From contig NC_068982.1 in the NCBI RefSeq assembly GCF_001194135.2, forward strand, positions 128,426,307 through 128,490,306: DNA of 64,000 nt, written 5' to 3'. The translations under genes were made by a program, and so were the position numbers. Shown here piece by piece: positions 22,336-34,560 of the stretch (its first letter is position 1; every line of letters starts with the position of its first letter). Below the pieces are notes generated by a model. That model had not been told where the DNA came from and ran no database searches. It saw only the letters and a list, made by a program, of their open reading frames with translations. The stretch comes from Octopus bimaculoides. Its lineage: Eukaryota.

Positions 22336-22830
22336 GCATTCTGAATAAATAAACAAATTAACACTAGTGTCATAAGCTCACACACTTACTGTAGAGATAT
22401 AACAACAGTAAAAAAAAAAAAAAAAAAAAACCCAATCATATCCTCATTGTAAAGACTACAAGTTGATGTAGTGAAAAATATTTTGGGAGGTATAATTAAA
22501 CTACTGCTTATGAAACAGAAGTGAAATATAGTCAAACAACAACTGGTATGGTTATAGGCTTTATTAATAACAACTCTCCCCAAATATAACAATATTGGTT
22601 ACATCACGTTTTCAGATCAAAATTCTTGCAAAACAAGATATTTTTAAGTTTTAAGATTGAGTATATATATANNNNNNNNNNNNNNNNNNNNNNNNNNNNN
22701 NNNNNNNNNNNNNNNNNNNNNNNNNNNNNNNNNNNNNNNNNNNNNNNNNNNNNNNNNNNNNNNNNNNNNNNNNNNNNNNNNNNNNNNNNNNNNNNNNNNN
22801 NNNNNNNNNNNNNNNNNNNATATATATATG

Positions 22831-22869
<39 letters not shown>

Positions 22870-24056
22870 CAGTCTTAAAAATATCTAAGTTTAGAACTCA
22901 ATATTAAAAACAGTATATCATTGATAGAAGTTTATAGCTGCAGATCATGATAATGGAATTTCTTTTAGATGTTTCCTCCTGAGAAGCAAATACTTTTTTA
23001 CTTTTTATTTCACATCCAGTTTTATTTTTAAATGTGTAAGACAGTGTTTTCTTTCTTATGGTAGCACTTTCTGATAACACTATCATATAACGCAACAAAT
23101 ACTTTTACCTTTTATTTTACCTCCAATTTTATTATTCTTATGAATAAGATAGTGTTTTTCTCAGATGGTAGCTGTTTCTCATGAATAATATCATATAACA
23201 CTATTCTTATTTACTCTAACCATATAGCTATTCATATCTCTACCATCTGTCTAATTCAACAAGTGTGACTAATAATTTGCTTTCTAAAAACTAATATAAC
23301 AATAGATTTTGCACAGATTTTCACCATCAAACACCGTGCATTTTTGTATTGGTTTCCATCTTAAAAAGAAAAAAAATCTATTCAGCTTCTTATTCTCCTG
23401 AGACATTTACACTAAAACAGAAAGTCGTGATTATCTGCACCATTCTAATGAAAATAATCTTTCTGATACATCCAGTTACAAACTGAATGTATCAAGGAAA
23501 GTGTTGAAGATGATTATCAGTAATAGTGTATTGTGTCATTTTTCACCTAATTTCTTCTCTAATTATGATGGATTCTACAGACTTCAATCCTTGTAATCTA
23601 CTCACCAGCAACTTATTAAACAGCATGAGGATAGTAGTGGAATAAAAGCTACAGATTAAGATTCAGTTCATCTATGATAATTATTATAGCTTCAATATAT
23701 TTTTAAACAACCAAGTCATCTTGGAATGCCCTTGATCCTATGATATAAGTTTTCTGTGTTGAAGAGATCTAAATTAAAACTTTCTATCAAAATTTGATTT
23801 TAATTTATGTTTCAGACACCAGCTCAATAAAAAAAAATTCTTGATGATGACTTTTAAAACCAATTGAAACAAAGGCAATGTATTTCACAAGAACTAGGAT
23901 AAGAAAAGGGTTAAATTGGTAATGATAATTATTATTTTTTTTTACACTTATAAGAAAACAATTTACCACATGCTTTTAAACTCACAAGATGAGAGGACTT
24001 GTTTCAACATATAAAATCAGAACTAGAAATAAAATAATTTGGAAAGTTACACTTAC

Positions 24057-24229
24057 TCTTTGTAGACAACATTGCCATACAAGAAGCAGATTTTCCACCA
24101 GCTGAAGAGATACATGTATAAATAGCTTCATCATCTCCTGTACATTTGTGAAGGTGCAATTGGTGTAAACCTCCTTTACAAACAATTGTGATATGATCAT
24201 TTGAGCTGAGAGCTTCTCCGTCTTTTAAC
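24057..24229 (-). CDS. Exon encoding C-terminal half of an I-set Ig domain ((W)LKDGEALSSNDHITIVCKGGLHQLHLHKCTGDDEAIYTCISSAGGKSASCMAMLSTK)
   Basis: Lies within ORF 24004-24246. Acceptor atttattctag|G at 24230/24229, donor AAGA|gtaagt at 24057/24056. 173 nt = 1 + 57 codons + 1. Motifs xKDG, LxL and DxAxYTC are I-set hallmarks. The phase-1 donor matches the giant-exon acceptor. Confidence 0.9.
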
Positions 24230-24429
24230 CTAGAATAAATTATCACAATATTTAATTTAATAAAAAATGAATAAAAAGACGATGGTAGTGTTCTAAAAAA
24301 TAGATTAGGAATATATAATGTTGTCTTTTATTATATCAGAAACATACTAGTGTAATATTTCTGTGATAAATCATTTGGAACATTTTGCGAAAGTTTCTTC
24401 AAGCAAATTGTAAAGATTAAGCGACTTAC

Positions 24430-24449
24430 CTCTCCCTCTCTCCTCCCAT
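24430..24449 (-). CDS. Candidate alternative first coding exon (MGGERE-R) splicing in frame to the 24229 exon
   Basis: ATG GGA GGA GAG AGG GAG AG|gtaagt: consensus donor at 24430/24429 in phase 2, matching the 24229 acceptor; 200-nt intron. No transcript evidence, so it could be chance. Confidence 0.25.
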
Positions 24450-25674
24450 TTTTTCCTCAAATGTCTATTTTCATGAACTTATTGACATATTCATAAATTC
24501 ATGAATTAATGACATAAATGCAATCTTAGTGTATAATGCCTTTCATTAATAAGATTTTCAAACAAAGAACAATATTGTTTCAGGAATTATAATTTTAAAG
24601 AAATTAAGAAAATATTGTTTCGAAGACTTTACAGACATTGCATGACTGCCATATGTGTAATTTACAGCAAATCAAAGTCTTTTATGTTATGGAGCAGCAA
24701 ATCTATGTGAAAACTACTTTTACAAAAGCAAAAATTTGTTATACTCCAACATTGTTAATATAAGTATGAAGTATCTTTGAATTTCTTTTTTTATAAATAC
24801 AAAATAATAATTCTCATAATCATATTTCTCACTGTCTGATAATTTCAGCAGCCAACTAAATGAATAAAAATAATTTTGAAATCATGTGAAGGTAATATTT
24901 CAAGTGTTTTCTGGAATTTTCCATTTGCAGTGTTTCTCTTACAAAAAAAAATTTGAATTTTGACAGTCTTTAGGGTTCTACAATTTCAAGCATGTTCAAA
25001 TATTTCACTTTCTTAGCATGAAACTTGAAGTAGGTAATGTAATCTGTCCTTTGTTAATTTTAAACATTTACATTTATTCTTATTTTCACTGTATCACATT
25101 TTCTATTTCAGCTTAAATCCTTATGCACCCGAATATTTGCAGTACATCTCTGGAAGATTTCCTTGCTCATCAAACTTTGGTGGCTGTGTACACTCACTGT
25201 TTTAGTTATAGACCAAATCTATCATCTCACCTGGCAACTAAGTGTTTTTAACAAAGTCTACAATGTTGCAAACTCTTAGACTTAGTCTCCTGTCTGACTG
25301 AAGATAACTCTATTTTAAGGGGCTGCTTCCTATTGCAGCAATTGATGAAGCATGGACTGTTTTTCTGTTTGCTATCAATATGGAAGATCTATGGCCGGTC
25401 TAATGCCAAAGACGTGTGTGGTTCCATAAAACAATTGAACATAATCAGTTACTTTGATATTTTAATTTAGAAATTTTTTGTAAAAGTGCAACAAAATAAA
25501 ACCTGATTTATATATGACCTCCCACTGAGAAAAAATTGAATTTTGGAAGATTTTGGATTTTAGAATATCAGATAAATGATTATTGACTGTACACATACAC
25601 TCCCCACACACCCACACACTCACATACACACACACATGTACACGTGCACATTTACATACATTCACACACATACA

Positions 25675-25731
<57 letters not shown>

Positions 25732-27365
25732 GTGTAAGTTTTCTAATTTCTCAATTTGTTACAGAAATAATTTCTTGATAAATATAAAACAAAAACTATG
25801 GACAAAGCTACCAATAACATAGAAAACAACAAAATATACAGTCAGTTTTTTCAATACAAAATAGTTTGAATGCTTTAGAAAATATTTTAAATGTTAAAAT
25901 ATTAAAATATTCACAATCTGCTTTAGCACAATGGAAATTCTGATAAAAACGTCCTACATAACAATTTATATGCTTGTAAATGGTTATAAAATATATATAA
26001 TTTTGCAATTTCATAGTAATTGTTTTTTCAGGTTGAAAATTTTATAATGAAAATAACTTTATATTTTGAAATAGGCAAACCATTCAGCAGTATGTAAATT
26101 TTTATTAGCCAATTACATATTTGCAAATATCAAAATAATTAAATCTAAGACTAATATACAAACTACACCAATTTAAAGGTTCAACCATAATAAAAATAGT
26201 AGCTTTTTTATTTCATCATATAAAGTTATTTGTATTGATGAAATTAACAACACGAAATTATTTAAATATTTAAAAAGGTACAAAACAGAAAATTTTTCTT
26301 TCCACAGATATTGCATGCACATTTTGGGAATCAATCAAGGTAATATATTGAAAAAATTAAATAATTTCAATCACCTTGAGTCTGATTACTTAATGGCCTT
26401 TTCACCTTTTATCAACTTTTAAATATTTCCTTTAAATTTAAATATTTCCTTTAAATTTAAATATTTCCTTTAAATTCATGGCTTTTTTTGGACAAAAGTT
26501 AACCAAATATCAAGACAGGAAACTCCACAATAACAATTCTACCTATAAGTAGATATTTGATAAGGTGTGACAATAAAGAAATACATAAGAGATATTCTTG
26601 AAAGCCAATCTCCTCTAAAGACATTCAAACTATTTTAGAATCCTAACATTACTCTACCTTTCATTTGTAAATTCCACAAACAGCTTCGACACAATCTGCA
26701 CGAATAAAGACACTACAGAAACAGATATTTTAGTTGGAAAAAAAAGAAACAATGAAACAAAAACAAAACTCCTATATTTGGAAAATTCAATTATATTATT
26801 TTTTTATGTTTATCTACCTTTTCCCAAATTTGAAAAGAGAAGATCTAAGAAGGGAGATTGAGTAATATTATGTTAGATATGGAGAGTAATTAATTATATT
26901 AAAATTTCAAAAGGTAATGTTTTAAAAGTGAAAACATTTATCTTTAAATCTGAATTAATTTTGAAATATATAAACTGATTTTTTGTTGATATTTGCAAAT
27001 TAAGTTTTACTCATGATATAAAATAAAATAATATAAATTAGGCCAATTTGAAAGCAGCACTTCATAGGCTATTATAATACTTAATATAAATATATACATA
27101 TATATACATATATATACATACATATACATATATATATATATATATACATACATATATATACATATACACACATATACATACATACATTTGTGTGTATGTA
27201 TGTATGTTTTATTTAATGTTGAGCTACGATTATCAGTTGTTTTACCAAAACATTATGCTGTTTATAAGACTGTCTTTCTTCAAATGCTCGTTATTAATGG
27301 AGTTTCTTATTTAGAAGTCACAAATAGTAATTTACAACTTAAGGCTTAAATTCAGTCTATCAAAA

Positions 27366-28080
27366 TATTGGGTCATCCCATATATAATTTTCATTTGCAT
27401 GAACTGAAAGTAGGAGGGGAACAAGATAAACTACCTGCATCAACTTGCTATAAAAGCAGGAAGTAATTTTATTTTTTCCTATTCTTAGTGCAAGTTTTGA
27501 AGAGTGCAGTTCGATTTTAACAGTTATTCCTCAAAGCTATAATAGAAGTGACAAAGGAGCATATTTGGCATATTTTTCTTTATGAGTTCAATAAAGGCAA
27601 CAACACAACAGTAAGTGCAAGAAATATTAATGCAGTATATGAGGATTGGACAATAAGCGTAAGCTAGTGTCAACAGTGGTTCCAGAAATTCCGAGCTGGA
27701 AACTACAACCTAGAAGATAACCCTCATCCTGGAAGACTTGCAGAGCTCGATGAGGACATCCTGCAAACCATAGTGGAACAAAATCCCATCGTAACTGTTG
27801 AGGAACTAGCAGAGAAGCTTGGATTCGGTCATTCAATTCAGAGATAGAAGCAAAACGACCATCTTTGGTTTCAAGACAAAAAGTGTTTTTACATCAGGAT
27901 AACGCTCGGCCACATACAGAAAGGATGACATTCTAAAGGCTGGAGCAGTTTGAAGAGGAAACGATGCTCCACCTACCATATTCGCCAGACATTGCCCCAT
28001 CTGATTATCATTTATTCCGTAGTCTTTTGAAAAATAAAAGAAGTATAAAAAAACCGCATTATTTATGGGATGACTTAATA
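27366..28080 (+). mobile_element. Internally deleted mariner element with intact TIRs
   Basis: TIRs TATTGGGTCATCCCATA (27366) and TATGGGATGACTTAATA (ends 28080, TA termini). Transposase remnants QQWFQKFRAGNYNLED, DEDILQTIVEQNP, LHQDNARPH, HLPYSPDIAPSDYHLFRSL. Confidence 0.88.
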
Positions 28081-29800
28081 TTTTTTCCTGTTGACTTGGT
28101 ACAAATCCATAGATTTAAAAGGAACACATGGAATGTAAATACATTCCTGTCTTTCCAATTGATTTTAGCTTCAATTGTAAATTGAAATTAGTTTTTAGAT
28201 TTAACCCAGCAGAGGTTGTTTCCTTCTTATTCTTGATGTTTGCGTATCTAGTCTAATATTAAAATACATTTAATGTTGTGATGTCTTAAATGTTGTAATA
28301 TTAAAGTAAGTCAAATACTTCAAATATAGATAGTTATTCAACAAACAGCGATACTGAAAACCAATAAAGATATATAATTAACTTTTCCACTGTGGAATAA
28401 TTAGGAGGTTTCTTCTTTCAGCTAGAGATTGGTAAGTGTAAAATAGTAAAAAAAAAAAAAGGAATCTTTATATAAAATTCAAGATTGTTGAGTTTAGTTT
28501 TGTTGAGAGAAATTTTCTGCTAAAAAAATTTCTGTAGAATAATGAACTACAAAATTAGATGTAAGAGCAACAAAAGATTAATCTTTGATAAGAATCTTCT
28601 ATAGATGGCCTCAAAAGTAAACACATAAGAAAATCACAAGCAGATTAAGAAACATCACAAAACATAAAGAAACAAATAGTGAAGCATTTTGTGAGTTTTA
28701 AATATTTGAACAAAATTATTCGTTTTGATTAACATTATTTGTCTTAAGATCATGAGGGTACAACACAAATTGGATTTAATTTAATATATTTGTGTTTTTT
28801 CATTTGCAGCTAATTACAAGATGAGAAAACAAATAATCTTTCCAAATTATACTGATATGTTTTGACTCTATAAGAAAGTCAGTTCTTGTAGGTAATGGGC
28901 TACAAATTATTGAATTGACACCAATATTTTACTGGGACTTCTTTGCTTCTACAGTACTTCAGACATAGAATGTAAAAAGAATAAAACTAAATAGTGTGAA
29001 ATACTGTATTCCTTTTTCAGCCAACTTACTGCCTGTCGGATTCTTCTTTTGACACAGGGCCAATTGTTGAAAGGCAGAGTGTAATTAATTATACAATCTC
29101 ATTAGATTACAGATACTTATATCATTCACTCTATAGGAATGAAAGATGATAGGAAACCTGGCAATGTAATTAACTCAGCACCCTACAATATTTTTCAGAT
29201 TGTTTGCACAAACATATTTATTTAGTTTGATATAAATTATTAGTATATTTCAACATTACCACAATAGAATTAGCTCAGTTAATGCTTAATTGTGTGTGGT
29301 TAATAGCAGTACTAAACTAATTAAACCTGATATCTGAGGTATTTAATTATAAACTATATATTCATTTATTTATTTATATCTTTTATCTCTTACTTGTTCC
29401 AATCATTGGAGCACCACCTTGAAGTATTTAGTTGGACAAATCAACTCTAGTTCTATATCTAAGAGATGCGGAATTATGTACATTATTATTTACATTATTT
29501 ACATTTGATGGATATTTGTCCTCATCTTAAACATCGCAAAGCTGTGACATGAGGAGATATTGATAAATCAGCTATAGCTGATTATGTATGGAAAATGGAG
29601 ACCACCTCTCCCTGTGGGATGAAGTTAGAATAATAGACAGAGAACACCACTGGAAAATACGAAAACTAAAAGAAGCAGCACATATGCTAGGACACAACAG
29701 ACTGAGTGCAGATATGAATAGCATATGGGAACTGGTATTAAGGAAGAGTAGGAGAATATTAGATTTATAAGCCCTAAAATTCATTCCATAATTGCCCACG

Positions 29801-29870
29801 AGTATATGGCATAGTGGTTAAGAGCATGGGCTACTAACCCCAAGATTCCGAGTTTGATTCCAAGCAGTGA

Positions 29871-29875
<5 letters not shown>
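29801..29875 (+). promoter_or_regulatory. tRNA-like segment (Ser-like) with Pol III A and B boxes inside the Penelope-like element
   Basis: TGGCATAGTGGTTAAG (A box), GGGCTACTAACCC anticodon arm, GAGTTTGATTCC (B box); no complete acceptor stem, so not a tRNA gene. Confidence 0.6.
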
Positions 29876-29914
<39 letters not shown>

Positions 29915-29960
29915 TCAAAAATACTTTAGGAATGAGAATCCAGGTTTGAAATTTCCCCAA

Positions 29961-30006
29961 GACACCTGATGAAGGCTGGAGGGTATATCAGCCGAAACAT
30001 TGTGTT
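29961..30006 (+). ncRNA. Minimal type I hammerhead ribozyme motif (probably decayed)
   Basis: Stem I GACAC(29961-65)/GTGTT(30002-06); core CTGATGA(29966-72) plus an extra A; stem II GGCTG/CAGCC; GAAA(29994-97); then ACAT where a palindromic ACGT is expected, followed by the cleavage-site U. Confidence 0.65.
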
Positions 30007-30058
30007 AACAACAAACAAGATGAGGACAAATATCCGTCAAATGTAAATCAACTCTAGT

Positions 30059-30305
30059 ATTAATTATTTTACATGTAAGTCTGGTACTTATTTTATCAGT
30101 CGCTCTTGCCAAACCACAACATTACAGGAATATAAACAAACCAACACTGGTGTCAAGCAGAGGTAGAAGGACACACACACACACACATAACAGCTTCCAC
30201 ATAGTTTCTGGTTACCAAATTCACTCAGAAGATTTGGTCAGCCTAAGGCTGAACCCAAAGAACACATGGTTGCAAAGAGAGTTTCTTAACCATGCAGCCA
30301 TGCCC
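30059..30305 (-). mobile_element. Family B SINE (right portion; the left portion is ~29380-29451), split by the Penelope-like insertion
   Basis: The body continues across the insertion: ggagcaccacc...gacaaatcaactctagt | ...ctggtacttatt...cttgccaaaccac...(CA)n...catggttgcaaag...accatgcagcca. Confidence 0.72.
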
Positions 30306-31724
30306 ATATCTATTTGTACACAGATTGTTGTAAAATAATACTCTTTAAAAGTTCTTCAATAATCTGTAAAGCATTCATGCTACTCTTCTCACTACTTAAG
30401 TAACCTTATTTTTACATCCTCATAAATTTATTAATCACCTAACATTTCCTTGTACAAAGCCCTCAAACTCTGGCAAATAATATCAATGGAAACAACCGTT
30501 CTTCACATATCTTTTTTATTTCAGATACTATACCTGCCCTCTAAATATAATTTTGTATTTAGTGTCTTTTATATCATGCTTAGAATGCTGCCTATTTTTA
30601 ATGTTAAAAAGATATTACTTGAACATCTTCTCCTATTAAAGTAACCTAATTTATCTAAACAGCCTACTTTGTCCTGGAAAACAACTTAATTTAAAGAAAA
30701 AGTCTTCCCTTACAGAGAAGACTGTATCTATTTTTTAAGTGTGTATTAAATGTATTCAAATTCTGATCATGTAACACAACAGTTGAGTCACTGCATATTC
30801 TTTATTTCTTTCTTGTTTCTCTCCCTCTTTGATATATATTCACATACCTACACATACATATGTACATACGCACACCACACATACAACACACATCAGGCAC
30901 ACACATACAACACACATCACACATACACATGCACACACACACACACACACACACAGGTACACACATACACAAACACAAACACACATATATGACATTTATT
31001 GTTAGTAAATTATAGTCAGAATGACATACTGATACCTTGGGTTTCCTATAAGCAGAGAGACTCTGTCAACATTTATTTAGTTGGCAAAATGTCTACACAC
31101 ACACACACACACATATCTGATATCTTCTGTCAGCACTTCAGATTTGAAACTAAACAGTATCTACCATTGTTATTCAACACAGCTAATTTGTAATTCAATC
31201 TTTGAATGTATTTGTAATTCAATCTTTGAATGTATTTAGTCATAATCTCTAAACCTACAATATCCAACAGAGTTAAGTATATGTTTAATGGTCCTTAATC
31301 AGAGAAGTAGAAAATACAAAGATTCAATACTATCATTTTTTTATAGTTTCTATAGTTCTTTTTGTTTTTGTTAATCTACAATTATTTTTAAAATTGGCTA
31401 TTGCATTTCAATATTCTTGTTAATATTAACAAAATTTTAAAAAATATTCTAAATAAATATTCCCATATATTTGAAAAACTATATTTTGCTCTTACAAATG
31501 GATTGATGTTTGACTCCTTTGATAATATATATATATATATATATTTTTTCAATTATCTCTCAAAAATCATTTGAAGCTAATCTTACGAAAGTTATTGGAA
31601 AATATCATAGTAAATAAACATAGGAAACTTTATCAATAACTATTTGAAAGTTTCATCCACTTTGGATCTTTTTAAAGCTTTCTAATCATCAGCATCCTCT
31701 ATGATAATAATGATAATAATAATC

Positions 31725-31950
31725 CTTTCTACTATAGGTACGAGGCCTGAAATTTTGTTGGGAGAGGAGTAGTCGATTACATTACTCAATTGGTACTTAT
31801 TTTATCGACCCTGAAAGGAGGAGAGGCATACTCAACCTCACCAGAATTTGAACTCAGAATATAAAGTCAAATGAAATGCCACCATTCAAATGAAATGCCA
31901 TTTTGTCTGGCATCCTAATGATTCTGCTGGCTTGCCACCAGGCAGTGGCT
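31725..31950 (-). mobile_element. Family C SINE
   Basis: aatcctttctactataggtacgaggcctgaaatt...tttatcgaccctgaaagga...gaatttgaactcagaa...tgctggcttgcc. Confidence 0.72.
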
Positions 31951-31959
31951 CTCATATCT

Positions 31960-32475
31960 TCTGATCTTAACTGATTGGAAGTGTTATCATGTACATTGTT
32001 TTGTCTTGGTATAAAAGATGGGCTATAGCAAATACTCTGCTCATTACCATAGATTTGCTTGTCAGTTGTTTGACCTTAATCAGTTGAGCATGTCTCTTAG
32101 TGGCTGACAATATGTGCATCTCTGATCATGAGCAGAAGTTGTGGGAAGCATCATAGCCATATGTTGAGAGAAATTCTGTGGAGTTTGAATAATTCACCTC
32201 TGGAAACATGGGTATTTCATTCAGCAACCCTAATTCAGGGACCTTTTGAGTGGGATGGGCTACTCGATCTGAAGAAAATTCTAACTGGGCCTCACTTGCA
32301 AGGTTATGCGCTGTTAATCTTGATATGAGATCAGCAAGTTGTGCACATATGGTTGTGATGCATGTGCCTGGTGTACCCTTATCAGACGGGTAGTCATGAT
32401 GGGTATACTGAGCTTATATATTTTACCCCAGTGTCACTTTGATAGTGTGCACTGCTCTCTCACTCAATAATAATT
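31960..32475 (+). mobile_element. Unclassified interspersed repeat ending in a (TAA) tail
   Basis: GC-richer non-coding block ending ctctctcactcaataataat; I recognise it as a recurrent octopus repeat, but it is single-copy in this window. Confidence 0.4.
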
Positions 32476-32484
32476 CTACATAAA

Positions 32485-32605
32485 GCACTTTCAATACAGT
32501 GAAAATAACAGCACTAAAACAAAAACCACAGCACATACTCAAGGCACACAAATCTGCACTTGGCAGTGCAGAGAAAGCACATGATAAAAATAAGACTACT
32601 GAATA
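32485..32605 (+). mobile_element. 3' UTR fragment of the Dong/R4-like LINE
   Basis: Matches 35655-35767 (gcactttcaatacag...accacagcacatactcaaggc...actactgaata). Confidence 0.75.
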
Positions 32606-32959
32606 GTAATAAGAATAAAATTATGATAATAAAAAGCAATGATGATAATGGTATAAGTGTATGTACAAGATTACAAATTTACAGAGAAGGAATAAAATGT
32701 CTGAATCAATTTTATATATTTTGCTAACCATTGTTAGATGAAAGGAAAAGTAATCCTCCTTAAGATTTTAACTCAGAATATAAATGACAAAACCAAACAG
32801 CAGCAAGGTATTTCTTTTTAATCAAGAATGAAAACCCAACAGGATCTGAAGCTGTGTTGCACAATAACATTAGTCTACAATACCAGCCCTAGATGACTAG
32901 ATATCCTTTAGGAGGTATTTGTTTTCTAGCAGATACCAAAGGAATAATAATAATGATTT

Positions 32960-33200
32960 CAAATTTTGGCACTGGGCCAGCAATTTTGGGATGGTGGTGA
33001 TATGTCATTTACATCAACTTCAGTGTTAACTGATACTTATTGACCCTGAAAAGATGAAAGGCTCAACTGGTACATATTTTATCAACCTCAAAAGGATGAA
33101 AGATAAAGTCAATCTCAATAGAGTTTGAACTCAGAATGTATAGATGGGCGAAATGATGCTAAATATTTTTCACAGTGTGCTAATGATTCTGCAGAATGTG
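32960..33200 (-). mobile_element. Family C SINE with internal duplication
   Basis: tttcaaattttggcac...gaccctgaaaagatgaaagg...gagtttgaactcagaa...tgctaatgattctgc. Confidence 0.65.
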
Positions 33201-33204
33201 TGGT

Positions 33205-34560
33205 GAGAGAGGTGAAATGGTATGGCTCATCATTAGCAAATGCCTGAAATTGGTACAATGCAAATATAAACAGGGCCATGATAATGTGACAAGTATGATC
33301 CATTGGGAGCTCTGTAGAAAGAAAGAGTTCAGAAAAGTTAGCAGAACAGTAGACTAAAATTAAAATCTGAAACCAATGCTAGAAATAAGGTAGCAAGCAC
33401 AAATATGCTAGCTATACAAATTATAGACAACAGCTTCAACATGATAAACTGAAAGTTAAGTTAATTGAAAAACATAGACAGATAGATTAGGCTACAACTG
33501 ACTTCTGTGTTCTGAAGCCACCACCTCAAAGTTGATAAAATATACCAATTTCACACACAAGGAGAGCAGTGTCTGATACAAGTAGAAAATTATTACAAGA
33601 CAACAGCAGTGGGACTAGAAAAATATTTAAAAGCAAGCAATGGGTGGCTGATGAATGTGATAAGGAACCATAAAAAGAACAAAACAATCTTTCTTTATGA
33701 TTAAGTATAGACAAGAAACTAACTACACTGAAGAGAAAGATTTAGATAAGAACAAAACCATAGAAAAAGTTTTAAAAAATAACCAAAAGACAAAATCAAA
33801 ATGGAATTCAAAAATATATTAAAGGAAAATTTAGAGTTGAGCCACACCATGGCGAGTATCTTGCATGACTCAAAAACGAGAAAGTAAGTCAGAGTGAAAG
33901 CCAACAATGACTCAAAAGTTCTGGGCTTTTTCTGGCAGAAAAAAAGGACTGATTTTAGCTGCACAAATCAATGACTAGCCACAAGCAACTGTAAAAATAA
34001 AACTGTTAGAAAAGATGCTAGCATCAAGTAGCCAATTCAACTTGGCAGTTGACCACATCACTTCTAGCTTATCAATCTTTGCCAAATCCAAATACACTCA
34101 CAAATATGATCAAGTCACAAACCATATCAACTGGTAAATATGGTAAGAAACCAACATGAAAACAGATAAGAAGTGGTATAAATATATACCAAACATGGGG
34201 TGTGACAATGATTTGGCTACAGTTTTCTGGGGCATATCTCACCAAACTGGCAAAGAGATAAAAAAAAAGCCACCAAGTTATAATAATCAAGGATTAAGAC
34301 AGAATGTTTATATGCAGAGAGACACCTCAATCCCATCTGCCTGAAAGAAGGCAATGAAAATGTCAGAATACAAAGATCTTTAAACTGAAATAGAGTGAGG
34401 GGCACAAAAGTAAAACATTATCATCAATAATACTAATATTAATGAGAGCACTTGGATAGCATTTTTCAAACAAAATATGAACAAAAAACATGAACTATAC
34501 ATGGGTACAGAATATTAAACACAGTCCAAGAAATAACTCTGCTATGCAAGACATTTCTAA
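33205..34560 (+). mobile_element. Degenerate RLE-type (R4/Dong-like) LINE fragments
   Basis: LIISKCLKLVQCKYKQGHDNVTSMIHWELC (post-CCHC region), then a decayed RT C-terminus, PHHGEYL, and an RLE region (TVFWGISHQT...KAMKMSEYKDL). Confidence 0.65.

Larger units (their letters stand above)
29452..30044 (+). mobile_element. Penelope-like element 3' fragment (GIY-YIG C-terminus plus pLTR) with inverted end, inserted in a family B SINE
   Basis: KHRKAVT*GDIDKSAIADYVW / ENGDHLSLWDEVRIIDREHHWKIRKLKEAAHM resembles PLE GIY-YIG C-termini. 29497-29528 is the inverse of 30017-30048. The 14-bp direct repeat aaatcaactctagt lies at 29438-29451 and 30045-30058. Confidence 0.8.

Noticed and set aside
25100-25440. 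GC-richer block with splice-like sites on both strands
   Set aside because: Every frame I translated hit stops and gave no recognisable motif; probably an old repeat.
26308-26339. Plus-strand 32-nt micro-exon candidate (ctttccacag|...AAG|gtaata), open in all frames
   Set aside because: No partner exons or recognisable product found; such site pairs arise by chance in AT-rich introns. RNA-seq would be needed.
26415-26480. Short tandem units (20 bp x3 here; 24 bp x2 at ~31190; 15 bp x3 at ~37165 and ~57545; 58 bp x2 at ~48360)
   Set aside because: Ordinary slippage duplications in AT-rich intron with no sign of function.
29801-29875. Functional tRNA gene
   Set aside because: No complete acceptor stem and runs directly into (AAT)n within a retroelement; treated as a tRNA-derived head. 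The other SINE heads were rejected as tRNAs for the same reason.
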